From Azolla caroliniana (lineage: Eukaryota > Plantae > Polypodiophyta), in assembly GCA_043228905.1 (NCBI GenBank), contig JBHGNT010000011.1:11594001-11658000 (forward strand): a stretch of 64,000 nt of DNA. Reading direction: 5' to 3'. The notes under the pieces were generated by a model. The model saw only the letters and a list, made by a program, of their open reading frames with translations, did no database searches and was not told the origin of the DNA. Every line of letters starts with the position of its first letter. The stretch's first letter is position 1. Shown here one piece after another: positions 1 to 12,900 of this stretch. A program made the translations under genes and the position numbers.

Positions 1-994
1 TCAACATGTTGAGATATTTCTAGTACCATAAAAATGTCTGAAGTGATAATCAATTTCAACTTGCTTTTCATGATGTGTTCAAGCCTGATTATGTGATCCT
101 AGTAAATGTGCAGGACCACCTATACTTATGGACACTTTTATTACTATCGGGAAACCTCAACGTGAGGTGAAAACCCACAAAGAATAAAGAGAAGTATACA
201 AGTGTCGATTAGATACTAAAGAGCTCAGAAGCAATCAAAGTAAAGAGTGTAAAGTTGTTGTGTGATGTCTCTTAAGTTGTGGACACTCTAACAGAGATTG
301 CTGAGGGATTGCTTAAAGAAGCTAACTTCATGCAGTTGGTGTCAATCAAAGACCTTACTATTTTGGGCCATCCCGATGGTCCAGAGAGCCCAAAATCTTG
401 TCCATTGAAGCAAATAGGCATTGCTGGATAGGGCGTACAGAATCTGTCCAAATAGCCAAAAGTGCTTCCCAAATCTCAGCCAGCAAATCTGTGAGAAATT
501 TCAACCAATTAAACTATAAGCCCATTGCTGGCTGGCTGGCTGTTAGCCCTCTCAAGTAATAGAGTCGATGGATCTGTTGAGCAACACTGATCTGAACGGT
601 ATGACTGAAATGTAATCGTTTTGTTTGCAGGCAAATAGACAACATATTCCTAGGGGGGGTTTTACCGATGCAGCACGCACGAAAAAATCGACTCGACTTT
701 TCTTCGATGATTTAGACAGAGATGAACTTAGTCTGTGGGAAACCACCTATATTTATGAGATGCATTTCCAATAGATTGAATCTTCGATATTGAATATTAC
801 ATAGCCCAGGGGAGGAGAATCTCACTGGTAATAAAGCTTCACAAGTCTTGACTTAAAAACCATCTTCAATGAGAGTCTTGCCCTTACCAGAGAGAGCTTA
901 CTATGATGATACACCAAATATGCCATGTTTTCCTTCTTACAAGGTTGCAACGGGTGAAAACATCTGAATGAGATCATTGTAGTAAACCATCATA

Positions 995-1400
995 TGCCTG
1001 CTTACTCCCAGTTCGCACATTGAAGTCCCTTAGTAGAATGTCCTTACTAGCTCCAAAGCTTATCATGTCCTCATATAGCAACAAATAACATGACTCTACA
1101 AGAGGTGCAAACCTTGAGTAGGCCAGTGCAAAAATGGCAAACTACTACAAAGAGGTGTCTGAGATTTTCTGTAGATATCAGAATCCAAATATCCTGTGCC
1201 TCGCCATCTCTATGCATCGGACAAACTATAAACTGCTATTTTATTTATATGGCACTAGAGCTTCCTTTTTATGTATGGCTGAGGACGAAATATTGTTCCA
1301 TATGTGCATCAAGACTTCACTTCCAACATATTGATGTGCGTTTTGTGTACATGGCAATATCTATGATTTTAAAAATATCTTCAGTCTGTCCACATCTGTC
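995..1400 (-). pseudogene. Degenerate LINE apurinic-like endonuclease remnant
   Basis: Manual minus-strand translation gives DIWILISTENLRHLFVVVCHF and YEDMISFGASKDILLRDFNVRTG, matching the (I/L)LxGDFNARTG motif of LINE APE domains; frameshifted; boundaries approximate. Confidence 0.5.
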
Positions 1401-1777
1401 TGGTTTCCTTGCATCGATTATCTATGGCACATTCTCTTTTTATGATATGCTACCTGATCTTCATTCAAATGCATCGTCTCTCGAGTGTTTTCTCTTGAAG
1501 AGGATCTTCCTTTTTCTCCACATCTCAACTACGGCCTCTTTCTCTCAAGCCATTTATCCCTACTTTCAATATGACCAAAATGGGGATTTCAGACTAAATT
1601 ATCTTTATTTGAAGAGTTCCAATGGCTTCTTGTGGTCCACCTTTTTCTGCTCACCCAATTACCTCATATGTAATTGGACTCTTGTTCAATTACAATTGAG
1701 CTTTCCTTTGGACTCTTGTTCAAGAGTTGCATTAAAATTTAATCATTGACATTTCTTTGCGTTTCTTGTCCATGGTG

Positions 1778-1900
1778 TGTTCTTGCTTTCATCTATGGGC
1801 ATTCTCTGCTTACGTTTATATAAACATGACATTCTTGCTTACGGATAGTTTATATATATGTTCTTGCTTTCATCTATGGGCATTCTCTGCTTACGTTTAT
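1778..1900. repeat. 42-bp direct repeat, two copies 81 bp apart
   Basis: TGTTCTTGCTTTCATCTATGGGCATTCTCTGCTTACGTTTAT at 1778-1819 and 1859-1900. Confidence 0.9.
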
Positions 1901-2545
1901 CAACATATTCAAATATATAAACTATCCGCCCATCTACTTGACATTTTCGTAAGCCATCAATCGTAGACTGACCACATCAAATCAAGGATATCCTCCTAAC
2001 TCTTTTTCCATGGTAAGTTTATAAACTTCAAATCACATACAGCAGTCAATCTATCAATCTCCAATATAAGTCAACATATCCTTAACAATCACACATAAGG
2101 AAGTTCTTCCATAAAAAGTTCAGCAGGATTCAAGCTATGAAATCTTCACACCGTCCATCTATTCATCTTCCTATATAAGTTGAATTTTCCTAACTATTAG
2201 ATCTTCCACACAAAGGTCAAGGGGGATTCAGATTATAAAATCCTCAAACGATCTATATACCCATCTCCATAAAAAAATTGCATTTTTCCATCTGTCTATC
2301 TAATATCTACAGCAAATCTAAGTTTCCCTCCTATTAATTATATAATTATGGCACCACTGTATGCCCATAATTAGGAACCATTTATTGATGTCTCTTCATA
2401 AAAAATAGGTATTTTTCTATCTAAAAACTTATTTATCTAATATCTACATCAAATCTAAGTTAAAAAATTTCTATTCATCATATACTAAGGGCATCCTCAT
2501 ATGCATAATTACAAAGAAAGTTCGAGAAGGAGAAAACCATCTTAC

Positions 2546-2890
2546 TTCTTGATCTCCATCGAAATGCTTATTCAGGGACCTTCTGAGAGCGAAAACGCGA
2601 AGATCCTCGAGAGCCTGTTGATATAGGTCTAACATGGCACGTAATTCATCACTTGTATCGTCATTACTAGTCTCTTCACATCCTGTGGCAACATCATAAC
2701 TGTCCTCTTTGCATCCTTTCTCAAGAGGATGATCTAGTCTTACACCCTCACATTCTGGTTCTTCTTCCTCAAGATAATCCGCTCCTTTTCCTCCTCTAGC
2801 TTCATCCTTCTCTATCTGTACAGAACATTCTTTCCTGAGTTCTTCTTCTTCTACAGAAGGATTATCTGTTGAGTTAACCCGAGCTTCCAT
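2546..2890 (-). CDS. Possible first coding exon of an unidentified host gene (acidic N-terminus)
   Basis: ATG at 2890, 115 open codons (MEARVNSTDNPSVEEEE...HFDGDQE), then a GTAAGA donor at 2545; upstream pyrimidine-rich/telo-repeat leader typical of plant 5' UTRs. No family recognised; downstream exons not found. Confidence 0.4.
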
Positions 2891-2973
2891 GTCCGATAAA
2901 TCTTGTCAGTATATATCATATATAAATAAATATAGTTGGATATATCAGAGGCATGATGCGAACGACACGAGTT

Positions 2974-2975
<2 letters not shown>

Positions 2976-3029
<54 letters not shown>
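2976..3029. repeat. (TG)27 microsatellite followed by a short GA run
   Basis: Directly visible. Confidence 0.95.
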
Positions 3030-3031
<2 letters not shown>

Positions 3032-3140
3032 TGAGAGAGAGAGATCAGACAAAAGAAACAGGATCTCAGTTCAAAACGCAGGCCTAGGAGAAAATCTGGA
3101 AGACGAGAGGGAGGGAGGGAGCGAGGGCGAGAAACCGAAA

Positions 3141-3170
3141 CCCTAACCCTAACCCTAACCCTAACCCTAA
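3141..3170. repeat. (CCCTAA)5 telomere-like array / expanded telo-box
   Basis: Five perfect CCCTAA units preceded by AAA, forming the telo-box AAACCCTAA at the left edge. Confidence 0.9.
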
Positions 3171-4983
3171 TTTCGATTGGAAGAAGGAGAAGTGTTTGAA
3201 CAAAACGCCTGCAAATCTGTATAGTTTTTATTTATTTATTTATATAAAAATAAAAATATATATACATACATATCATTATATGTATGTATAGATAGATAGA
3301 TAATGTATGTATGTATTTATGTACATACATATAGATAGATACATATATGTCTTGATTGGGCATATTACAGAAATAGACACCCCCAACCCAACCCGGAATC
3401 GGGTGTTGTTGAGGTTTTGTGTCTACCTTGCCCAAAACTCTACCATTAACACTTGTCCGCCTACTCGCTTGCCCGTCCATCGTATCGTCCGTCCAAACAC
3501 ACAACACACACACCCCTGCCTGCCTGCCTGCCTGCCCTTCCACATGTGTAGCATTCTCGTTTCATCTCGTGCATGCATGACGAGGGGAACTAAACCCTCA
3601 ACGTTGACATTGGTTGTATAATAATTATTAATATTAATATTTACCCCAATGCCCTCATACACCTCGGGCCAGAGCTGCACCATCTCCTCCTCCTCCTCCA
3701 TCTGCCCTGCCGCTCGTTCGACATTTGATCTTCGACCATGACGTTGCCCGCGATTGCATAAGTAATTTTTTACTCCAAATGCTCTCGGGTGGTTTGTCTT
3801 GAGGACACTTTGTGTTGTGTTATGCAAGCAAGATTTATGATTATATTGATGGAAAAGGAAACAACCAAGGTTAAACCCATAAATGTAAATCAACGCAATT
3901 TCACAAGGTGTACGAAATAACACAAGGCTTGAACCCCCCCCCCCCCCCACATTAACAACATGGTTCCTTCAATAGGTATGAGCTCAACATCATCTTCTAC
4001 ATTCAATTGCCTACTTGATCAATTAGACATCAAAGATCACACCATTCTAACTACATATACGATTATCAACACAATTGCATTACAAATGGGTAACACTACA
4101 GAGTTCCCCTTAAAAATCCCCTAGAAAACGTTCAAATTTCTCATAACATAACTACTTTTTAAAGAATACCCAAATTTTATATTTAATGATAGTTTTGAAG
4201 GACTATGCAACAATTGTTTTAACTAGCAAGAATTAAATTCTCATTCACAAGCCCAAGAAACAATATTCAATTATGGATCACCACCACCACGCTTTAATGA
4301 TCGAACAACTTAAAGGATTTTTTGGACTCTAGATATAGAAGTTCATTGAGAGCCACCACACTTTGTGTGAATTTGTGAAGCTTGTCTTAAAGAAATGCCT
4401 TTGAGAGATGGTTGGTGTGAAAATATCTCCAAGAGAGGGAAGAAGAACATATATTTTTAATCAACGAGCTTCAACAAGACAAACTTGATTTACTCATTTA
4501 CTGATTTGAGTTCATGATGATTGTGCATCTATGACAACACAAAATCTACCTTTTGAAAAAGAAGATACCCAAATTTTAAGGATGTAATGTCAATTCACTT
4601 TGTTTGATTGCTCCGAGTAGAATGAATCAATAGAAGCCAATTTTGGGAAATAGACGAAATTTATTTATTGTTGGTTGAGGACAACACATATTTGGACAAT
4701 AGGGAAGAGGATTAGAGCAATTATTCATATGGTTTGAATACCAAAAATTGTGATAATAGTTGGATAGGTACATGCGAGTATTGTACATTATTATTTCTAT
4801 AAATGCAAATAAAGTCGATTTTGATCTTGTTCTCATTCTCTACCATGTAATATGTAATCAATTATGTCCACAATTATGGTTCATTTGTGTACATTTATCG
4901 AAATATTTATTATCTCAATTAATATAGTTGATGTCGATTTTGGGAGTTTTTAGTCTTGTTTTTGGAAATGTTTTACCCATATT

Positions 4984-5691
4984 TGTTGGGAATATGTCCC
5001 TCCAGTGGGAGGAAGAACCGATTGATCGGAAAGCCGACAGTCGATGACAGGGAAGATCCGACTGTTCGGAAAGCTGACAGTCGAAGAGTTGAAAATAGTG
5101 AGTCGATTGTTTGAATATTCAACTATTATTATTATAGTAATAATAATGATGATAATGTTAGGAAATAGGTCTCTACGGATAGGGAGAGAGAGGAGCTGAG
5201 TTGATGAGGGACTCGGCCGAGGCCGAAACCGGAATCATGTATATAGCCAACTCGGGAGACTATAATTGTAAATAGTCTAAGAGTGCACCCCATGAGGGCT
5301 ACGTATGTAAATAGCCAGAAAAGTTGTGTAAGTATATATGCAACTAGGGTAAACTTAAACTGTGTAGTGGAACAATGTAAGAATAGTAGTTGTAGAACAT
5401 GAGAGTGTGTGTGAGAGAGAAATGTGACCCGCGCCATAGCTGTGTGTGTAACAGCAGACGTGAATAGCCCTGTGCGGCTGATACACTCGACAGAGTGTTG
5501 TATTCCTCTCGGTGTTGTATATCCACTTTGTATAGTGAAGATTCTGTGCATCCATGGTTTTCCCCGTTTTAGGGTTTCCACGTAAATCTCTGTGCACCAT
5601 TGTTTATCTTGTCTTTCTGGCATTTCTGTGATTCGTATTTCAACGCGTAGTTTGTTTATTGTGATTTATATTCCGCAACGATTTCTCAACG
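4984..5691 (+). repeat. 5' LTR of copia A
   Basis: TGTTGGGAATATG...TTCTCAACG, direct repeat of 24846-25558. Confidence 0.93.
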
Positions 5692-5694
5692 AAC

Positions 5695-5706
5695 TGGTAT
5701 CAGAGC
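5695..5706 (+). promoter_or_regulatory. Primer-binding site (tRNA-iMet) of copia A
   Basis: TGGTATCAGAGC, 3 nt after the LTR end. Confidence 0.95.
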
Positions 5707-5719
5707 TTGAGGTGCAAGC

Positions 5720-8700
5720 ATGGAAGGAGGTATTAGCAGTTTCCCAGGTATGATAGTTCTGAACTCACAGAACTATGCAGACTGAAAGATAAAGATGGAA
5801 GATCTTCTCATAGTTAAAGACCTGTACGAGCCAGTCTACAAAGCAGAAATACCTAAGGGGGTATTGGAGTCGGACTAGAAGCTTCTGAATAGGAAGGCGA
5901 TGGCCACAATCCGACAATGTGTCGATGTAAGTGTTCTTCAACATGTGGCGAACGACACGAATGCCCACGAGATGTGGCAGAAGCTGTCGGGTCTGTACGA
6001 GAGGAAGAACGTTGTCGTGCCCTTCGGCTCCGGATCGTTGCGTGAGTCGGGTGGGAACCGCCGAGGTTTTTGACTAGGAGGAAGAGGAATACAACTTAAG
6101 GCTAGTTATGAATAGTGGAAAGAGAAGTAAGATAGCAAACTCGTGAATCCCACGAGTTTAGTGTATTTAAAACAATATTTAGATTATAAGAGTAATTTAG
6201 ATGGCAAAATTCGTGAATCCCACGAATATATTAGATTGATCAATCCTTGTATATTAATCAACAACCCTTATACATATTTCTCTCCTCCTTATATATAGAT
6301 GGAAGAGGCTAAGCATGGCTTCATGCTTTTTCACCAACTGTGTCCATGCACACTAAATGTGCATGTGATGCTTTGTCATTTCCTAAGTATAGGGCTCATG
6401 CACGCTAGATGTGCATGAGTCACTTTTAATGTCACGTGTAAATAAAATATTCACACCCTAAAGAATACATGATTTTTTCCTTTTAATAAAGGTATGTGTA
6501 AATAAAGGTCTTATACGTATTAAATCTATATATATAACACTAAAGATAAGTTATTACAATGGTAAAGTTGGGGTTTATCTATGTGGAGGTGTAGGGTTTG
6601 AATCTTGCCCTATGCATGTGATAAATGTTTTGATATATTATTTATTTATTTATATGTATCGAAAATCGGATATATTATTTTATGGTTTTCACGTAGTGTG
6701 TGGAATACACTACGACAACGCGCTAAATAGAACCTCGCTAATGAGAAAAATCGTACGGTTGAAATACAGAGATGGTGAGAGCATCGTCGAACACATCAGC
6801 ACGTTTATGGGGTATGTAAATCAACTTGTTGCGACCAAGTTTCCCCTGGATGATGCAATGCAGGCCATCCTGCTGATGTGCACACTACCGAAAAGCTGGG
6901 AGAACCTGGTGGTTACTCTCAACACCTCCTGTCAAGAAGAGAACTTGTCTTTACAGACGGTGAAGACAAGCATCCTAAATGAGGAGGTAAGGAGGAAAGA
7001 CAAAGGAATCCTGTCCCAAACGGAGTCAAATCTAACTCAACATATGGATAGAGGAAGGGACCGGCGAAGAAGAAGTCTGTAGCGAACAGACAAATCCCAC
7101 GCCAAATCGAAGTCCAGAGGTAAGCTTGTGTGCTTTTATTGTGGAAAACCTAGACACTTCCAGAAGGACTGCCGACACATGAGAAAAGACAAGAGTGTCG
7201 GAAATAATGTCGAACTTCGGAAAATTCCGGATGAAAAGAACACTTCGGCCATTGCTACGAGCAATGAGGAACTCCTATTCATCTGTGAACAGACAAGTGC
7301 AAACCTTGCAAGCGAAGAGTGCACTTGGGTGATTGATTCCGGCGCATCCTTCCATATTACTTCGTCGAGAGAGTATTTCTCGACTTACATAGCCTGGGAT
7401 CATGGCTATGTAAAGATGGGTGATAGTGGAGAATGCAAGATAACCGGAGTCGGAAGTGTATGCTTAATGATGTCGACAGGGTGTCGACTAACGTTGAAGG
7501 ATGTTCGACGCGTCCCCGATATCAGATTGAATTTGATATTGACTGGAAGGCTTGACGACGAAGGCTACAGTGGTAGCTTTCGGAATGGCAAGTGGAAGTT
7601 CTGCCGAGGAAACCTTATAGTGGCCCAAGCACAGAAAGAAGGCACATTGTACATGATGCATGGCCGACTGTGCAAATCGGAAGTAAACGTGGCAGCCGAC
7701 TCGGCAGGGGAGATATGGCATACGAGGCTAGGCCACATGAGTGAGAAGGGAATGCACCTGTTAGCAGACCAAAAACTTCTACCAGAAGTCAAGGGAGTGC
7801 ACATAGAGAAGTGTGTCGACTGTTTAGCCGGAAAGCAAAACAGGGTGGCATTCCACACGAGACCACAGAGGAGAAGAGAAGTTGCACTGGAACTAGTGCA
7901 CACGGATGTGTGCAATGTGGATGCTCCAATGCATCGACGAGGACAATACTTTGTAACGTTTATTGACGACTATAGTCGGAAAACATGGGCCTTCGTACTG
8001 AAGTCGAAGGATCAAGTACTGTCGGTTTTCAAGGAGTTCCAGGCAAGAACTGAAAGAGAGTCGGGTCGGAAACTGAAGGTTCTCCGAACCAACAACGGTG
8101 GCGAGTACAAAGGGCAGTTTGAGGAATATTGCAAGTGCCAAGGTATTCAAATTGAATACACATTACCAAAGACCCCAGAGTTGAACGGGCTTGCAAAGAG
8201 GATGAATCGAACGATCATGGAGAGAGTAAGGAGCATGCTCTCTCATGCGAAACTGCTGAAATCCTATTGGGCTGAGGCGGTGTACACAGTTGTTTATCTT
8301 ATCAACAAGTCTCCCTCAATGCCATTAAAGGGTGATGTCCCACAGAGGGTGTGGATAGTTGTCTCCTACCAACACCTGAGGGTGTTTGGATGTTTGGCGT
8401 ATATGCATGTACCAAAGGATCAAAGGTCAAAGCTCAACAGCAAGTCGAAAGCATGCATATTTATGGGATACTCAAAAGATGAGTTCGGCTACAGGTTGTG
8501 GGACTTAGTCTATAAGAAGGTAGTGAGAAGTTGAGATGTAGTCTTTCTTGAAGATAAGACAATTGAAGACTGGAAGCAACAGAAGTCGGAGCCGACTCCC
8601 CAGTCAACCTCGACTACCATCGACTTAAGGCCAAGTGAATTGTCACTGACAGCTGTAAGGAGACAACTGGCCGACAGAGCTGAATCCGAGTTGGTCGACT

Positions 8701-9254
8701 CGGAAAGACCGATAGACTATGAGTCAAAGTCGGCAGACCTGCTAAAATCAATTGAGTAATATGAGTTGGAGTTGTCCAACCTGGAGATGCCGATTGATGA
8801 GTAGAATCCCGAACAAAGAGAAGAGTTGGTAGAGACATCCGGAAAAGAGCCAACAGTGAGTGGAGGAAGGTACCCACTCGGAGAAAGGAAGGCACCGATT
8901 ACATATGCCAGTCAATATGTCCTCTTGACTGATGACGGTGAACCAAAGTGCTATGAAGAAGCCATTGCCAATGAGAGCAGAGGAAAATGGCTGAATGTGA
9001 TGCAAGAGGAGATGGAATCCTTGCACGCGAATTACACCTACGACCTAGTAGAGCTGCCGAAAGGTAAGAGAGCACTCATGAATACGTGGGTCTACAAGGT
9101 GAAGACTGGAGAAGTCAACAACGAGCCTAGGTATAAAGCCCGCATAGTGGTGAAGGGTTTCCAACAGAAGAAGGGTGTCGACTTTGACGAAATATTTGCA
9201 CCAATCCTGAAGATGACATCCATTCGAATTGTTCTAAGCATAGCGACCAACATG
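5720..9254 (+). pseudogene. Copia A gag-protease-integrase-RT(N) with stops, interrupted by a solo LTR
   Basis: gag MEGGISSF...LYERKN/ALNR; zinc knuckle CFYCGKPRHFQKDC; protease WVIDSGAS; WHTRLGH; integrase VHTDV/FIDD/NGGEY; RT KARIVVKGFQQ. Confidence 0.93.
6013..6717. mobile_element. Solo LTR, resembling the LTR of gypsy F, inserted in copia A gag
   Basis: TGTCGT...ACGACA inverted termini; ACGT/ACGC 4-bp flanks; gag reading frame resumes after removal; first ~60 bp resemble 42713-42780. Confidence 0.85.
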
Positions 9255-9349
9255 TGTCATGATATGGCAAGACTCAAACCCATGAACTTATGTTATATGG
9301 GTCGAGCTCTTGACCATTATACCATCTATTGTAATACATAGGATATTAT

Positions 9350-9863
9350 TCCAAATTGAAGACTTTATTAGTGAGTTTAAAGCTTGCTTTGGAGATACAG
9401 ACAACATTCGGACGGCGATCAACAAAATCCGACGATTGCGTCAAGGTGATCGTCCAGCCTCTGCCTACGCGGCGGATTTCCGTCTACTCGCTTTAGATAT
9501 CCCTTGGGATGATCAGGCACTAATATGGAGCAGTTTCGCTTCGGCCTGCGAAACAATGTCAAAGATCTACTTCTAACCTTCCCTAACGAACCAAAGTCTC
9601 TTACGGAGGCAATCAGTCGAGCAATCCAATGCGACAACCGCCTTTTCAAATAGCGTTCGGAACGTCAATTACAAATACCACGCTCTAGGCCGGAGCCACT
9701 TACGCCTCAATCGCGGCTAAACCGTTTGCACGAGACATACCTCAAGCAAATACTCCGACACTGATGGAGATCGATATACCATGCATCGACATGGCCCGTT
9801 ATCGGAAGAAGAAAAGCAACGACGACGTGCAAATCGATTATGTCTTTATTGCGGTGGACCAGG

Positions 9864-9920
<57 letters not shown>

Positions 9921-12900
9921 ATAAAGAGAAAGAGACAGTGGGACCCCCCCTTCTTTCTTGGAACACAACACGTTGAGCTTATCCGGTCTTTTTTCAATTT
10001 TGGTTTACATATGTTCTTATATGTTCTTTCTTCTCTATGCCCAATAAATACCACACTTTCTATTTATTTATTTTATCTCGATGGCACACCAACGATAGAT
10101 GAAACACTAGTTATTTTAAACATGATGGATCTATCCGTCATCAGGAACAAAAAATAAATAGACTGCATGTATTGCCATAGGCCCATACCTAAGACTATGT
10201 ACATATAAGAAGGTTTCGTGTGTGGTTTATTACTCTTATGGTTTGTGACGATATATCTAAATCTTAATACAGAATGGAAGTCGTTGCCTTTCTAATAGCT
10301 AGACGTTTTATGGAGTGGCACATGCTCCACATTTTTTGGATTCGTTGTAAATATGTAGTTTGAATTTGTGGGCCATGGTCCCCAAATTTGGACATTAATC
10401 TCTATCAATCAATTGTAAAAACTATGAGCATTGGACATTAATCTTGGCAATATCCCTAATGAAGGGTCAATGCACGAGATTTCTAGGTTGTATCTTAAGT
10501 GTCGTATGTCACAAAAAAACGTGACACATGAAACGTGAGCGGGATCACCAAGGACTCTGGGCCAAGGAGGAATGGGGCGAACTTCGGTTGGCTCCTTTGG
10601 TCCTTAAAATTTCTTTAATCTCCTTTTGTTTAAAATGTACAAGGATGTGTGACAACAATAGTGGATAATGGTGATGGAAGTAGATGTGCTGATGACAACA
10701 ACAATTGTAGTAGGCTACAATGGTAGTTGCATATTTTTTTCGTCCAACGTCATTTGACGGACAGTATGTCGGCCTCGGTCAATGTGGTGGGTTTGACTCC
10801 CATCGTCCGAGAATCAATGTTTCACTCATAAATTTTTGTTTCCAGCTTGGATTCGCATTCCGAAAATTCCGATCATGGTCCTCACAACAATCTCTTCATG
10901 TCGGCACTACAAATCCTTTGCCGTGAAATTCTGGGCTTCGTCTTCTATCGAATTCAAGGCAATTTTCATGTATCTTCCTACACCTTGCTCGAATTTGCGA
11001 GCTGAAAAATTCGTTGCACCTCTTGTTTGATTATGATTCACTAAAAAATAATAGGGTTAGTAGAAATATTATTCTTGTAGCCATTAGATTATCATATCAC
11101 ATCAAAAGTTCAAGAAAGTAAATTAGATACAAAGGAGATGGTATCTTGACCCCGTTACATGGAGTCATGAGAACGGATGATAGCCATGTCATCTCTTGTC
11201 GCCATTGGTCTTGCACGCTCTCTTGATTCACTATCCAAAGCTCAGATGAAAATTCAGTAGCACTCCCGCCTTGCACAAAAATGGGGATCCTTAACAATGA
11301 GCTCACTTGTCCCTTCAGGGCATATCGCAATCAATTGTCCCCATAAGCCAAGAAGACAGGTAAATCAAATCGTAGCTTGTACTAAACCCGAGTCAATTCT
11401 TCCCTTAGGAGTGTCTGATAGTATTAATAGTACTAATAGAGTGTTTGATAGTATTAATAGTACTAATAGCCCAAGTATCTCAAACAAATTTGAAATCCTT
11501 AGTCAATTAGATGAAGAGTTAAACGATTGAGTCCAGCCAAAATAGGGGCCGTTTGGTTGGACAACCCTAGATCTGTACAACCCATTAGTGGTTCCATTCC
11601 CTCCAAGCAAGTTAGCAATGTGTTCTTAGCCCAAGTCATGGTTAGTACTAAAAGTACTCCCCGAGTACATGTCCTAACACTTCTAGATTCTGAAGCTAAT
11701 TCCTATTTCATGGATTGAAATTTTGCCCAAGCTTCTCAGATATCCTTAAGAAAACTTCCTTGCCCCGCATCTGTAGTAGTCATTGATGGTCGTCCCATTG
11801 CTTCCGGGAATATTGTAGAAGAGTATGAACCCATTCAAGTTGTCCTAGGTAGTTTTGTGTGTGTAGTATCATTTAATATAATTAGTAGTCCAGAGCATCC
11901 CATTGTCTTGGGATTACCTTTCGTTTGAATTACATAATCCAGACATAGATCGGAAAACAAGAGAAGTCTGACATCGACAACCCCAAGAATCTACTCATCG
12001 AGTTTCGACCATTTCACTACGTCAATTACGCGAAGAAGGACACAAGGAGGCAATGTTCCTATTTGCAATATCAGTACATCCTTCCAACACTATTAAGGAG
12101 GAATCCTTAGTGCAACTTCCGGCAAAATATCATCCTTATGACGATGTATTTGACAAGGTAAAAGCTGGTACTCTTCCTCATCATTGTCCCTATGATTGTC
12201 CCATCGATTTGCAACTACGAGCAGAGCTACCATGGGGACCAATTTACAACTTGTCACCCAACGAGTTAGAAGTTCGTCGAGCCTACATAGAGGAGAACTT
12301 GGCACGCGGGTTTATTCGTCATTCGAAATCTCCGGCCGGTGCACTCATCTTCTTTGTCAAGAAGAAAGATGGCTCACTTCGTCTCATCGTTGATTATCGC
12401 GGCTTGAATAAAGTCACCATCCGGAATAGGTATGCACTTCCTCTTATATCAAGTCTTTTAGAGTGAGTTAATGGTGCCAAGTTTTTTACAAAAATCGATC
12501 TACGAGGAGCGTATAACCTCGTGCGGATCTGACCGGGAGATAAATGGAAGACCGCATTTCGCACGCGGTATGGGCATTTCGAATATACTGTTATGCCGTT
12601 CGGTCTAACCAATGCACCCGTAGTCTTCCAACATATGGCAAATGATATATTCAGAAACCTCTTGGATATCTGTTTCATAATCTATCTGGATGATCTATTG
12701 ATTTATTCGACGACCCAAGAAGAGCACGATTCTCATGTACTATTAGTACTAAAACGACTCCGCGAGAATGGTCTTTATGCCAAGCTAGAAAAATGTAGCT
12801 TTGACTGCAAGCAAGTGGAATTTCTAGGCTACGTCATCTCCTCAAAGGGCATCTCCATGGATCCAGCTAAAGTCCAAACTGTGCTAGAGTGGCAAATTCC

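Noticed and set aside
107-843. Possible solo LTR (TGTG...CACA) within the LINE remnant
   Set aside because: LTR-like motifs are present but the flanks (GTAAA vs AGTCT) give no TSD and there is no second copy.
1090-1749. 219-aa plus-strand ORF
   Set aside because: No motifs; it is antisense to the decayed LINE endonuclease.
3645-3701. Mini-exon MEEEEEMVQLWPEVYEGIG with a GT donor (minus strand)
   Set aside because: Too short; no acceptor partner or homology could be established.
9764-10157. PolyL and polyY ORFs
   Set aside because: Artefacts of the (TAC)19 repeat.
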